Source: Octopus sinensis (lineage: Eukaryota). Taken from it: 64,000 nt of DNA. The position numbers and the translations under genes were made by a program. Positions 23,110 to 37,095 of this stretch are shown here, piece by piece. Positions within the stretch are counted from its first letter, which is position 1. Every line of letters starts with the position of its first letter. The DNA is taken from positions 114,824,001 to 114,888,000 of the forward strand of contig NC_043000.1 of the NCBI RefSeq assembly GCF_006345805.1. The letters are read 5' to 3'. Under the pieces are notes generated by a model that was not told where the DNA came from, searched no databases, and saw nothing but the letters and a program-made list of their open reading frames with translations.

Positions 23110-23586
23110 TATAAAAAAAGGAAATGAAGAAAATGCTGACAAAATAATTTAAGTAAGGGAGAGTGTATTTAATTAGGTGAAAGTTCTTTTTTTAAACAAA
23201 AAAAGAGAAAAATTGGGTTAGAATACAATGTTCATTTTTTGTGAATGATTTCAGTGTATAAGAAAAAAAAGTAAGAGTCTTTTACAGTGTTCTGTTTCAG
23301 AGTAAGATATTTAGTAAAAGCGTGTAATATACAGTTTTTTGTGGAAAAGTTCAATGTCAGATTTCAGTGTAGGATAAAAAAAGTAAGAGTTTACCGGTTG
23401 CGCATTTGTTATGCTTATCAAAAGATATTTTGAGTGAGATAGAGTTCCTTTCTGATTGATTTTTTTCTCTTTTTTTCTCTATTGTATTCTAACCCAATTT
23501 TTCTCTTTTTTTGTTTAAAAAAAGAACTTTCACCTAATTACACTCTCCCTTACTTAAATTATTTTGTCAGCATTTTCTTCATTTCC

Positions 23587-23594
<8 letters not shown>
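23110..23594. mobile_element. Foldback with ~120-bp near-perfect arms in (TA)n; PLE-like relic
   Basis: AAAAAGGAAATGAAGAAAATGCTGAC...GGGTTAGAATACAAT / ATTGTATTCTAACCC...GTCAGCATTTTCTTCATTTCCTTTTT. Confidence 0.7.
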
Positions 23595-23621
<27 letters not shown>

Positions 23622-24499
23622 TCATCATCATTTAATGTCCACTTTCCATGCTAGCATGGGTTGGACGGTTCAACTGGGGTCTGGGAAGCCAGAAGGCTGC
23701 ACCAGGCCCAGTCTGATCTGGCAGTGTTTCTACAGCTGGATGCCCTTCCTAACGCCAACCACTCCGTGAGTGTAGTGGGTGCTTTTTACGTGCCACCGGC
23801 ACAGGTGCCAGACGAGGTTGGCAAACGGCTACGATCAAATGGTGCTTTTTACGTTTGCAGGTATAACTCTATAGTTCAGAAGTTTGTTTCCAGCCATGTA
23901 GTCTTAAGCTCAGTCCCACTGCTTGGTATCTTGAGCAAGTTTCTTCTTCTCTCTCTCCCTAAGCCAACCAAAACCTTGTGAATGAATTTAGTTGACAGAA
24001 GCTGAAAGCAACCCAGCATATGTGTGTGTGTATATACATACGTATATATATATATATACTCCAATGCGACCGTACGACAGGCACCCATGCCAACCCCCTT
24101 TGCTTGTGAAGACATGTTGGGGCAAGCGAAATCGAAATCGGATTGAACCAGCCAGGATCCTTGGTCTGGTGGTACGTAAAAAGCACTATCCGACTCGTGG
24201 CCGATGCCAGCACCGCCTCGACTGGCTTCCGTGCCGGTAGCACATAAAATACACCAATCTGACCGTGGCCGTTGCCAGCCCCGCCTGGCACCTGTGCAGG
24301 TGGCATGTAAAAAGCACCCACTACACTCACGGAGTGGTTGGCGTTAGGAAGGGCATCCAGCTGTAGAAACATTGCCAGATTAGACTGGAGCCTGGTGCAG
24401 CCTTCTGGCTTCCCAGAACCCTGGTCGAACCGTCCAACCCATGCTAGCATGGAGAACGGACGTTAAACGATGATGATGATGATGATGATATATATATAT

Positions 24500-24670
24500 A
24501 GTCAATTCAAATAAAGAAATAAAATTAACAGACAAGAGGATATGCACAAGGAATGTATTAGCTTGAAGCTCTGTAAAAAACGAGTTTTGACATTTCAAGT
24601 ATAGCTCTTCATTGGAAAAGAAAAAGGAAAAAGTCTAAAGAAAGAAAAGAAATCACCAACAGCATGTGTA
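24500..24670 (-). mobile_element. Short solo pLTR-like element with decayed hammerhead (24585-24619)
   Basis: Minus strand TTTT-CCAATGA-A-GAGC-TAT-ACTT-GAAA-TGTC-AAAA; flanked by TA repeats. Confidence 0.5.
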
Positions 24671-24759
24671 TACATATATACATGTGTGTGTGTGCATATA
24701 TGCATATACATAGCTTAGAAATGTCATATATGGGCATAGATAAGCTCACTCTGTAACTC

Positions 24760-26023
24760 TCAGGTCATCCCATAAGTTCTGTCCGATTTTACGTTTTTTA
24801 AAATTGAATGAAATTTAATAGTATTTTAGAATGTCTAATGGAATTAAAATTTATTTTCATACATTTGTGTACATTTAAACTAATTAAATATTATTTTACA
24901 GAATAATAGAATTAAGATTTCTTTGATTAAAACCCTTTCTAACATGGAAGTATCCAAAGAGCATTTAAAGCACATAATGCTTTATGAGTACAAGAAAAAG
25001 GAAACTCTGCAGCCGAAGCGACTCGAAACACACTCAGTTTATGGGAAAGAATGCTTGAATGAAAGAACTTGCAGAAGATAGTTTGCAAAATTCAGAAGTG
25101 GAGATTTCAGCCTTGAAGATGAAGATCGAACAGGACGTCCAATTGAGTTTGATGATAAATCCTGCATTATCAGTTGAAGAATTGGTAATAGAGCTTAGTT
25201 CAGACCATACAACTGTTCATCGTCATTTTCAACAACTTGGAAAGGTTCCTAAACTTGGAAAATGGGTGCCTCATGAATTGTCCGAAAGCAACCGCAAATC
25301 CTGAGTTGACATCTGCTCTTCTCTCCATTCTCGTGAACTCATTTCACCCATTTTGGATAGACTTGTGACTGATAACAAAAAAATGTATCTTCTATCGAAA
25401 TGTTAAATGTCGTAAATAGTGGCTTGGTAAAAGGGGAAAAGCTCAACCACAACCGAGAAGGGAACTTCATGGGAAAAAAGTTCTTCTCTCTACCTGGTGG
25501 GATTGCAAAGGCGTAATTCACTTTGAATTGTTACCACCTAATGCAACAATCAATGCTCAAGTCTACTGTCAGCAATTAGAGCGTTTGAACCAAGCTTTGA
25601 AGAAAAAAGACCCGCTTTAGTGAATTAAAAAGGAGTGATGTTTCATCAGGACAATGTGTGATCCCACACTGCAAAGATCACATCACAGAAGATCGAAGTG
25701 CTTGGTTGGGAAAAAATTCCTCATCCACTTTATTCTCCCGACCTTGCTCCTTCAGACTAGCATTTGTTTCGTAGTTTACAGAATCATTTGGGGTGACATA
25801 ACTCCTCGCAAGCCAGGAGGAGGTCGAAACTGACATTTCAGAGTTCTTCGTTTTGAAACCAAAAGAGTTTTACATTGAGGGGATTAAAAAGCTTGTAAAT
25901 AGATGGAAAGAAGTCATAGATAATTAGGGAAAGTACATTGATGATTAAATTTTGATTAAATGTAACATTTGATCACTTGTTTTCTTCTTTCAAAATTCAG
26001 ACAGAACTTATGGGATGACCTGA
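24760..26023 (+). mobile_element. Full-length mariner element (1264 bp)
   Basis: TIRs TCAGGTCATCCCATAAGTTCTGTC / GACAGAACTTATGGGATGACCTGA; TA on the right flank. Confidence 0.95.
24944..25948 (+). pseudogene. Mariner DD34D transposase pseudogene
   Basis: MEVSKEHLKHIMLYEY, GKWVPHELS, HQDN and YSPDLAPSD motifs; multiple stops and frameshifts. Confidence 0.93.
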
Positions 26024-26518
26024 TATATAGTATTGGTTTTATTCTTGTTGTATGACACCTTGGACAACCACAAAGCCACACACCTACACACTCACACACA
26101 TAAACACATGCACACACACACTCACACATGCATGTATATGTGTATTTTTGCATTTGTCACCCACCCACCCCTGCAATCACTTGACAACCTGTGTTGGTTT
26201 GTTTATGTCCCTGTAACTTAGTGGTTCAGCAAAAAAAGACTGATAGAATAAGAACTAGACCTGAAAATAAGAACTGGATTTGATTTATTTAACTAAACCT
26301 TCCAAGATTGAGATAGTGCCCCAGTATGGCCACAGTCCAGTGACTGAAATGAAAATAAGATCTAAAATTTACATGGATATAAACATGGATGTTACAACAG
26401 ACATGGCCAGGATGTTAAAAAGTGTTTTTGGAACCCGTGTCTTCAGGTTCAATCCTAAGTATAAAAAAACAAAGTCAGTGGGGCAGTGAACAATAGTTAT
26501 TTCTAATCATAAAGCATG

Positions 26519-26822
26519 TGGAGGCACATGACCTAGTGGTTTGAGCAGCGGACTTGCGGTCGAGGGATCGCGGGTTCGAATCTCAGACCGGGTGATGTGT
26601 GCGTTTATGAATGAAACACCTAAGCTCCATGTGGCTCCAGCAGAAGGTAATGGCGAACTTCTGCTGACTCTTTCACCACAACTTTCTCTCACTCTTTTCT
26701 CCTGCATCTTGCAGCTCACATTCGACGGACCGGCATCCCGTCCAGGTGGGGAACCTATATGCCATGGAAACCGGGGAACTGGCCCTAATGAGCCAGGCGT
26801 GGCTCGAGAAAGAACAAACAAA
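26519..26822 (+). mobile_element. tRNA-derived SINE family F, V-domain-like (variant at ~58816-59120; head only at ~22058-22135)
   Basis: TGACCTAGTGG A box, GGTTCGAATCTC B box, CGACGGACCGGCATCCCGTCCAGG and GGAAACCGG...ATGAGCC. Confidence 0.8.
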
Positions 26823-27923
26823 TAATAATGCATGGCACCTTCAGACATTGAGTTGTAACTTATTTCTTTACTACCCACAAGGGGCTAAACACAGAGGGGA
26901 CAAACAAGGACAGACAAATGGATTAAGTCAATTATATTGACCCCAGTGCGTAACTGGTACTTAATTTATCGACCCTGTAAGGATGAAAGGCAAAGTCGAC
27001 CTCGGCGGAATTTGAACTCAGAACGTAACGGCAGACAAAATACGGCTACGCATTTCTCCCGGCGTGCTAATGTTTCTGCCAGCTCACCGCCTGTTGGTCA
27101 CTTCCTTGCTTGAGACTTTGGCAGATGAAAATTTTACGTGAGCTGAGATGGGTGAGAAAGGCTGAAGTCAAAGTTACTCATGTAAGGTAGATTGGACTGT
27201 AGAGGTGTGAGGTAATGGCAGAGAAAGTTTTTATTGTGCCAAGGAAACCTTGATATTCCACAAGGCCACCAGAAGTTACTTGACAATAGCAGAGAGAGAG
27301 AGAGATAATTGTAGATAGATGTAAATAGACAGATATTAATATATACAAATTAAAATAGATATACAGAGAACAGAAATACTCATGTATACACAGCTTTCTC
27401 TCTCATTTTAACACGTGTGTGTGTATGTGTGTGTGTGTATAAGCACACACACACACATACACGCAACAGATATTCGTACATACACAGAAGTGGAGAGGGA
27501 GAGGGGGTACAGAGACACATAAAACTTACACTAAAACATTATCATACTTGTCAACTTTGATGGAATGTTTATTTAAATTTAGCTATGGCTAATATTTTCC
27601 CACTCGTAGTAACATAACAACTATAGGTGTGTGCGTGTGTGTGACTTTATATATACAACTATACAAGTAACAGGACGCATACATGCTTCTGGGTAGAGTT
27701 GTTGGTTGGATACGAAATCTGATCAACAGCAACCCATAAACCTGTGGAGCATCCTGGTATCAGAGGAGTCGGTACCTAAGGACCATGGACAGTGTCCATG
27801 TCTCACAACTATAGAGCAGGACAAGGAGGACCAGAGACCTAAATGCCCGAGGCCTGCACTGATATCAGTTGTCAAGCGATATTGTGGTGAGGAGGACAAA
27901 CACAGACACACAAACATATACTG

Positions 27924-28108
27924 GTAGCCACTACACACATTTTTTTTCTCTCCTTGTTTCTCTCCTTGTTTTTTTCTGTCCCTTTCTGTAGAAAAGCGTA
28001 GGCTCAAAACGTAAAAGACCTTTTCAATTCCTGAGTGTTATACTAATACATCTGTTTGTTTTCTGCACCACCTGTCTTTGTCTTTTGATTTTTTCGTGAA
28101 CTCTCCCT
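27924..28108 (+). mobile_element. Solo pLTR-like element with decayed hammerhead (same family as 46404-46590), nested in a family A SINE
   Basis: GTCCCTTTCTGTAGAAAAGCGTAGGCTCAAAACGTAAAAGAC at 27978-28019. Confidence 0.65.
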
Positions 28109-29258
28109 ATATATACATATACAACGGGCATCTTCTAGTTTCCATCTACCAAATCCACTCACAAGGCTTTGGTCAGCCCAAGGCTATAGTAGAAGACACT
28201 TGCCCAGGTGCCATGCAGTGGAACTGAACCCGGAACCATGTGATTGTAAGCAAGATACTTACCACACAACCACTCCTTCATGTGTACAATGAATTTGAGT
28301 GTGTATGTGTGTGTGTGATCATAGTCCTCATCATCATTGTTGTAAGGCCCACTTTTCTGCACTTGCATGGGTCAGGAAAAATTCCCTGAACCATTCAAGC
28401 AATTTCTTGTGCACAGGTGCTCTTCCTATTATCAAACATTTCACATTTCCAAAGAAGGTAATATTTCTCCAACTCATTCAAGCATGCAAACAGTATAGTG
28501 GCTGGACATATTTTCATGGCAGATTGCAAACTGTTGACATCATTTTGTATGATGGCAACTAAAACACACACACACATCTATAATCAAAATTCAGAGAGGT
28601 GACAGATGAAATATGTATTTCATTTGCAGACAGCTGTTTCATAATAAGTCACCAGTTACATCAGTGATGTTGAAACATCCTACAGACATAAAATATAAAC
28701 ATACGTATAAATGTGCATATATATATAGTTGTGTTGTAACATAATGAATAGGATTTCTAATTTCTCAGAGCTTACTCTAAGTTCTGTCTCATTTTCTGAA
28801 TCCCTATTCCTGTTGTGTGTGTGTGTGTGTGTGTGTACATGGTTTGTATATTTATATAACTTTATATATGTATGTATGTGTGTATGTGTATACATATATA
28901 ATATATATCATATGTATATATCATCATCATCTTCATCATTATTTAATGTCCGGTTTCCATGCTGGCATGGGTCGGACTGTTTGACTGAGATCTGGAGAGC
29001 CAGCGGCTGCACCAGGCTCCAATCTCATCTGGCAATGTTTCTACAGCTGGATGCCCTTCCTAATGCCAACTACTCCAAGAGTGTAGTGGGTGCTTTTTAC
29101 GTACCACTGGCACATTCAGATGAGGCTTTTTACATTCCACTGGTACAAGAGCCAGTCAGGTGGACCTGGCATCAATCACGAATATATATATATATATATG
29201 TATATACACACACATCATTGTTCAACACCTGCCTTCCATGCTGGCATTGGTGGGACAT

Positions 29259-29300
<42 letters not shown>

Positions 29301-29302
<2 letters not shown>

Positions 29303-29507
29303 GGGTTGGCCAAAAGTCATCCATCAGTAAATCAAAATATCCATAAAACTATCTGTAATTCTGTATTGACTTGAATGGAAAAATGTGTCGCTCAAGAAGG
29401 ACTTCAGTTTGAACAATTTTCATGATGTTTCATATTGAGATGCTTTTCTTAAATTCATTCAATCGTTAAATGGTTTTAATTTACTGTCAGATGACTTTTG
29501 GCCAACC

Positions 29508-29510
<3 letters not shown>
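29301..29510. mobile_element. Tc1/mariner MITE (210 bp)
   Basis: TIRs CAGGGTTGGCCAAAAGTCATC / GATGACTTTTGGCCAACCCTG followed by TA. Confidence 0.88.
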
Positions 29511-29551
<41 letters not shown>

Positions 29552-30638
29552 TGTAACAAGCAACATCAAAAGAAGATGAAATGATGGGGGCATGTTATGA
29601 GACAAATCATGTATATACATACACTGGGTAGTATATTATATATACTTGAATGCGTAAGAATATAAATATGGATATATATGAGTAAAATGATGTGATTGAT
29701 GTCATTTTGTGTACTGGGTGTCAACAATGAAACATAAAATTGTCACAGCTGAATAATAAAAGGAATGAGGTATCTAGTCATGAAAGTATATTCTATAACA
29801 AAGCTCATGATATCACTGCTACCATTGAATTTAAGTGAATTAGTTGTGCATACATAACAATTTTTTTATGTCTGATATATGTACCTACAGATATGTGTGC
29901 GTGAATTTGTGTGGTAATTAAGAAAATATGTTAGTGGGCCATGATAAATTCTCATGAGTTTTCATATGAGGCATATATATATATATATAGCGCCACCTTG
30001 AGTGTCAATGCCAGCACCGCCTTGACTGCTGATACCAGAGCTGCCTTTAACTGGCTCCCGTGCCAGTGGCACCTAAAAGGTACCATCCAATCGTGGTTGA
30101 TGCCAGCCCCCTCTGGCCCTTGTGCCAGTGGCACATAAAAGAAGCACCCACTACACTCTCGGAGTGGTTGGCGTTAGGAAGGGCATCCAACTGTAGAAAC
30201 ACTGCAACATCAGACTGGAGCCTGTTGCAGCCTCCTGGTTTCCCAGACCCCAGTTAAATCGTCCAACCCATGCCAGCATGGAAAACGGACATTAAGTGAT
30301 GATGATGATATATACATTAGACTAGGGTCTGGTGCAGCCTTCTAGCTTGCCAGCCCTGGTCAAACCATCCAACCCATGCCAGCATGGACAACAGATGTTA
30401 AATGATGATGATGATGATACACATGCCAGTGACACATAAAAGAAGCCGATGCTGGGGACATGTAAAAAATACCCTGTACACTCTGCTGAGTGGTTGGCAC
30501 CAGGGAGAGCATCCATTCTGGGAAACCAAGTCAAACCAGACTGGAGCCTGGTGCTGCTCTCTGACTTACCAGCACCAGTCAAACCATCTTACCCATACCA
30601 GTATAGAAAGTGGCCATTAAATGATGATGATGATTATA

Positions 30639-31025
30639 TCTATTATATAAAATCTGTTCTGTCTGTCTGTGTGTGTGTCTTATAGGATCTCGGGCATCCT
30701 CCATCCAGTCGCGCTCAAATTTGATATGTAGTTACAGACGGTATCAGGGTGTGTATAAGTCTTGAAAAAATTACAAAACTCGATTCCAGGTGAGAATGCG
30801 ATCGATAAAGCCGTGGGAACGTGCATTTGTAAGCGCAAGTACATCAGCTGTTGCGATCGGTATTATGCGTACATGAGAAAAATGTATGTGCAGTTTGCAC
30901 AAAAAAAGCCGGCTGGCTTGAAATAATACCACAAAATGGAACGGTCGGACAAGTTGTTTTGAGAAAATTTGGTTTAAATGTTTGACAACTCAGCATCGTC
31001 CATTGGACGGGGTACATTTTGCTTG
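30639..31025 (+). mobile_element. Non-autonomous Helitron
   Basis: A|TCTATTATATAAAATCTGTTCTGTCTGTCTG start; 3' hairpin CGTCC-ATT-GGACG then CTTG|T (degenerate CTRR). Confidence 0.7.
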
Positions 31026-31039
31026 TATATATATATATA

Positions 31040-31300
31040 ATAATTTGAGGGAATATTATTCCTAACTTACAGGGAAAAATTCAATTTAGAAATACTAAAT
31101 CAAATTTCACAAAATATAATATATATTTATAAAAATTAGAAAAAAACCACTTTTTATCAATTCAAAATGAACAATTAAATTACACCATCTAGAAAATTAC
31201 ATATAATAGAAATATTAAATATAATATAACAATGTAATTTTCTAGATGGTGTAATTTAATTGTTCATTTTGAATTGATAAAAAGTGATTTTTTCTAATTG

Positions 31301-31304
<4 letters not shown>
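31040..31304. mobile_element. Tail plus foldback (~73-bp arms within 31129-31304) in (TA)n
   Basis: CACTTTTTATCAATTCAAAATGAACAATTAAATTACACCATCTAGAAAATTACAT and its exact reverse complement. Confidence 0.7.
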
Positions 31305-31333
<29 letters not shown>

Positions 31334-32246
31334 ACTGTTCCCATCAACCAAAACCACTTGCAAAGCATTGTTTGTCCTAGGCTACAGTAGAAGACTCTTA
31401 GCCAATGTGCTGCATTGTGTGGATCCAAGAGCACATAGTTGCAACATGAACTTCTTAACCACACAGTCATGCCTGCACCTATCATAGATATTATTCAAAT
31501 ACAGTTTAAGGTTATCAGCCAAAAAAGGTGTCTGTGTCATTAGTTTTTTTCACCTTCTCTGCTGATTCTGTAGTGTGTCTTTTGTTCTTCCATAACATGA
31601 CTGACAAGGACTTTCCTGCAAGAAAAGCATAAAAGATAAGCTGTTAACCTAGAAAATTCCTGTTGGTTGTCTAATTCTGTAAGAGCCTCTTGTAATTACT
31701 TCAGTTCTTATCAATAGCTTGGTGGACCGTTTGATTGTCAGTCTTTTAATGGCATTAAGGCTGCAAACTGACAAGATTGTTAGCATTCTAGGCAAATTGT
31801 TTAGCAGCATTTTGCCTATTTTTACATTCTATTCTAACACACATGTCACCATCATCATCATCATCATCCTTCAATGTCCATATTTCACCCTGGTATGAGT
31901 TGGACAGTTTGACAGAATTTGATAGATTCAAGGACTGCATCATGTGTCCTTTTTGGCATCATCTCTACTGCTGCCCTTCCAACAGTACCTCCGTGTGTGT
32001 GTGTGTGTGTGTGGTTGGTTGGTTGAGGATAGATATAGCTGAAAATAGAAAGACAAGATTCAACTAAATTAAAGAGTTTTATCAAGCACTCTATCACTTT
32101 TGCTATTATACAATAGTTGGGATTCAAAATATTGGCTTACTTCACTACAAGACAGAAATAGTAGCTTTGGTAACTACCCCACACTTGCCCTCAATAAATA
32201 ACTGGAATTGCCCTTTTCTGGGCAATTCTGCTTAGCCCTTGTTTAA

Positions 32247-32563
32247 CCCTTTACAATTCAGATTATTCTGTCAAATGTAATTCTTACTTATTCATATTGT
32301 TTCTCATTAATCAGGCATTGTCTTGTAGTTTCAACATTTCAGTGATGTGATTACTTTTTTACTTGTTTCAGTCATTTGACTGTAGCCATGCTGGAGCACC
32401 ACCTTTAGTTGAGCAAATCGACCCCAGGACTTATTCTTTGTAAGTCTAGTACTTATTCTATCGGTCTCTTTTGCTGAACTGCTAAGTTACAGGGACGTAA
32501 ACACACCACCATCGGTTGTCAAGCGATGTTAGGGGACAAACATAGACACACAAACATATACAA

Positions 32564-32600
<37 letters not shown>

Positions 32601-32872
32601 TACGACGGGCTTCTTTCAGTTTCCATCTACCAAATCCACTCACAAGGCTTTGGTTGGCCCGAGACTATAGTAGAAGACATTTGCCCAAGGTGCCATGCAG
32701 TGGAACTGAACCCGGAACTATGTGGTTGGTAAGCAAGCTACTTACCACATCCACTCCTGTTTATTTTTACTAGGACATTGTAGAACAGGTGTGAGAAGTT
32801 GGATCTGGCCAGTTTGAACATAAGACAGGTAGAATGTTTAGGATGGATTTGGCTGGTTTAAATCCTAAAGGA
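32247..32872. mobile_element. piggyBac-type MITE interrupted by a minus-strand family A SINE (~32353-32760)
   Basis: TTAA|CCCTTTACAATT ... AATCCTAAAGGA|TTAA. Confidence 0.65.
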
Positions 32873-35537
32873 TTAAATGTGTGCGGTGCCTGAGAAAAGA
32901 ACTACCCTGCAGGTGGGTGCCAGTCCATCATATGTAACATTTCCATGTAGTACTTGTACCTTTCATGTAACATCTTAGGAGGAGTGGTGGCCAGTAAAGG
33001 AGCCTCTATATGATTATCTGTTCTATTAGAATCAACAGTCAAATTTTCTTCAAAGCTCACATTTTATTTAAGGCCTCTGTCAGTCAAGCCCAATTGTGCA
33101 TCTGTGCAAGGAGGGTCAAGATTTTTTTTTAAAAGATTGGTATTTGCCCCTGGATGTATGTCTATCCACTCCATGCCTCTTATCTTTATTCAATGAAAAT
33201 GCTGCTGACTTGGTCCCCTACAGCTTGGTGCTAGTGTTGTCACAAAAATGAAGGAACATTAGTGGGTAGAGTATTTAACTCACAATCATGAGGTCATGAG
33301 TTTGATCCCTGGTGATTCCCTAGTCCACTCAGCAGGTAAAAATGAGCAGTACCTGTATTTCAAATGGCCTAGTTCGTCACACTAAATCTGCCTAAGAACT
33401 ACCTTAAGGGCATGCATGTCTGTGGTGTACTCAGGCACTTGCATGTTAATTTCAGGAGCAGGTTGTTTCGTTGATCAAATCAACTGGAACCCCCACATCG
33501 TCATATCTGACGGAGTCCCAGTTTTTTTTTTTTTTTTTATCTTGATGGAACTCATAAAGCCAGAACAAATATTGTGAGGTATCTTACTTGCTCCTCCAAC
33601 AATTCTGTCGACAGTCCTAAAGCCTGATACATTCTTACCAAGCTTAAAATGATGAAAGCAAATTTGACCTCATCAGGATTCGATCTCTGAATGCAGAGGT
33701 CTGGAACTAATAACTGTAAATCTATCAATCAATATTCTGCTCTAATGACTCTGCCAACTCACCACTTTTGGTTCACTCTACTTTCTCAAAATAGTTTTAT
33801 AAGATCCGTGGGTGAACTAAGTTGATGTGGAATATAGGGCAGTGGATTTGAACATAAGTCTCCTGGACAGCTAGACAACATACCACAACCACCCCCTCAA
33901 TCAGCCATCTTACTTTGGGTAAATACGAGAACAGAGACAGCTGCAGATCTTTGTTTAATTGTAAACATCATCATCATCATCATCATCATCACAGACACCC
34001 ACTGCAGACTAACAAACACACACCACACACACACACTCATACACACACATGTACACAAACTCTTTAAAGTCACAGACGCTGACATAACTACTTACACACA
34101 CATAAAAACACTTGTATCCAAGCTAACATGCACACACACACGTGCGCATGCATTCACATACTTACACTAACGAACACATACATGTATCCATTATTTTACT
34201 GTTAAATTAAGTCCATCTGGTAACAGGCTCCATTGTTTCATGTCTGTGTGTCCACCAGTCATCCTCCACCTGGGGCAGCTGGTTAGTTCAGTGTAATCGC
34301 CAGCTTCAGGTAGAATAAGCAGAAGTGATGGTGGTGGTGGTGGTGTGGGGGGATTAGATAATTGATGGCATAGATGGGGGAGTGGTTTTTAAGTAATAGG
34401 GAGGTGGGATAGAGAGAGACACAGACAGACAGACAGAAAGATAGACAGACATAAAGACAGACAGACAGAGACAGATGGGCAGGCAGGCAGACAGACAGTT
34501 AGATGGATGAGAAAGAGAGGAGATAAGAAAATGAGAGGCAGAGTGAGACAGATAATCCACTTATAGGAGAGAGGGAAAGGTAGAGGGAGAAGAGAGAAAG
34601 AGAGAGAGAGGGGGAGCAAGGAGACAGAAAGAAAGAAAGAAAGAAAAATAGAGGAGAGAAATGAGTTACAGACGCAAAAGACTGTGTTGGGGGTGGGGTA
34701 TAGAAATAGAATCGTGGGGGTGGGGACAGTTGTAAGTAGAGTGGGTGGCTGAGAGAAGTGGGGAAGGAGAAATTCTGGAATATAGAAAGACATGTGAGAG
34801 AAAGGAGGAGAGAGAGAGATACAGACAGAAAAGGATATAACAATGTGATTGAGAGGATATACACACACACACTGTCTCTCCCTCTCTCTTCTCTTTCCCT
34901 CTCTCATCCTCTCTCCATCTATCTATCCTCCCTCTCTCCCTCTCCCTTTCTCGCTCACTCTCTCTCTCACTCCTTCCTTCTCTTGTATCTATCCCACCCT
35001 CATACTTCCTCTCTCTCTATTTATCTATCTATCTCTTACACACATACACACACATTCCTACATTCCCCAACATCCTTATCCTTGTCTATAGTTTGAGGCG
35101 GAACTCCATACAACACTAATCTGAACATTTGTAAATTATCATGCTGGGAATCGGACACAATATTATGCCAAAAGAGACCTTTTTACTCAATCAATTCTCT
35201 TTTGCAGACACAAATTGTATAGCACCTTTGCTCACTATGTAAAACCATTATAATTTATCTTAAACTTAGCTAAAATTCTTTATTTTCACACTACTTCTCT
35301 CCTACAACTCACACTACCTTACTTCAAATTTTGGTTTTCCCACATTTTTGTGTCTATTGCCTCTGCTTTGTTAACTGAGAACAACTACCTCATCTTAACA
35401 ATTTCATCTGGACTTCTCACTTATTGCACACCTATGACATAATGTACATGCCACCCAAGAATATGGCTATTATGGATTATTGAAACAGCTGTTGATATAA
35501 GACATTACATAATTTATATATATATATATATATATAT

Positions 35538-35716
35538 ATGCTTTCTTTATATTCTAATCTGTATTTTGTGCTCCATGTAAATACATGTCTTGTGTCTAAA
35601 TGCATATATACATTTCTATATATTTCTATATATGTGCATATATGTACACACACACATATACAAACACATACACATATATGTACAATACATTCATACACTT
35701 ATATATACATATTTAT

Positions 35717-35769
<53 letters not shown>

Positions 35770-35960
35770 ATATATATATATGCTTTCTTTATATTCTAAT
35801 CTGTATTTTGTGCTCCATGTAAATACATGTCTTGTGTCTAAATGCATATATACATTTCTATATATTTCTATATATGTGCATATATGTACACACACACATA
35901 TACAAACACATACACATATATATGTACAATACATTCATACACTTATATATACATATTTAT

Positions 35961-36030
<70 letters not shown>
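35538..36030. repeat. Near-perfect tandem duplication (~242-bp unit) bounded by (TA)n
   Basis: ATGCTTTCTTTATATTCTAATCTGTATTTTGTGCTCC... starts at 35538 and again at 35780. Confidence 0.92.
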
Positions 36031-36039
<9 letters not shown>

Positions 36040-36047
36040 ATATACAC

Positions 36048-36091
<44 letters not shown>

Positions 36092-36101
36092 ATATATATA
36101 T

Positions 36102-36412
36102 AAATTTAGATTTAAAATAATAAGGGTGAAAAATTGAATATTAATTTGATTAATATCAATTTAAAACCAGTGGTCTAGTATACTGAAAAATCTGAAGATT
36201 CAGAAAAATTTTATTACATACATATAAGAGGGATGACCACTAAATGGACATCCATTATGCTGGAAGTAGACCCCCTTTGGTCTTACCACTAAGAAAGGAT
36301 TGTTCTCAAGAACATAAATTTTCTTGAGAACAATCGTTTCTTAGTGGAAAGACCATAGGGGATCTACTTCTAGCATAATGGATGTCCACTTAGTGGTCAT
36401 CCTTCTTATATG

Positions 36413-36417
<5 letters not shown>
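36102..36417. mobile_element. Tail plus near-perfect ~200-nt hairpin (36216-36417) in (TA)n
   Basis: GGATGACCACTAAATGGACATCCATTATGCTGGAAGTAGA...TTGTTCTCAAGAA / TTCTTGAGAACAA...TCTACTTCTAGCATAATGGATGTCCACTTAGTGGTCATCC. Confidence 0.75.
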
Positions 36418-36454
<37 letters not shown>

Positions 36455-36455
<1 letters not shown>

Positions 36456-37095
36456 TAGCTGAATGATCCAGCATTGCCCAGGTTACTGCTGTTCTTATTC
36501 AGATTAGTAAACAACAAATATAAAGATATATTCTCATAATTATTTCAAAATATCTATATTTTATTAAAACAATATCCAAATTGTAATGATAACATAATTT
36601 TAAACTGAAAATTTGTCAATGTTAAAGCACCTCAGGGTAAACAATATTCATTGTGTAATTTTTTTGTTGGTGTGAAAATGGATTGCTGCTGCTTCCAACT
36701 CATGACCAAGCAGCATAGATTTAGCCACGGGAGAAGCATGCAGTAGAGAGATCAAATCCAGCTACCTTGAGGGATTCACCCTGAGATTTGTTAATTGAAA
36801 TAACAAAACTTAGTTTGACTGGAAACTGAAGCATCTTAAATTCAAATGGAACATCTGTAGGTATGAGAGGAATTTTTGGAATATAGACATTTTCTCCTTT
36901 GTGACTACCTGTTATGATTGTTGCCTCTAGGACATTTGGAGTCGTTTTGGAAATTCTTTGATACAGTTATAATATTTGGATAGAAGATTTTTTGCTCAGA
37001 GTTAGGACTGAGAAAAGAACCTTTTTAGAAAGTCGAAAGGCACCAACTTTTGGGAAGAGATTTCACAAAATGTGTGTGGCTTTTGCTTTTATAGA
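36455..37095 (-). mobile_element. Probable non-autonomous Helitron
   Basis: Minus 3' end CCTGGGCAATGCTGG...GCTAG|T resembles the 9006 element; putative 5' end A|TCTATAAAAG. Confidence 0.5.
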
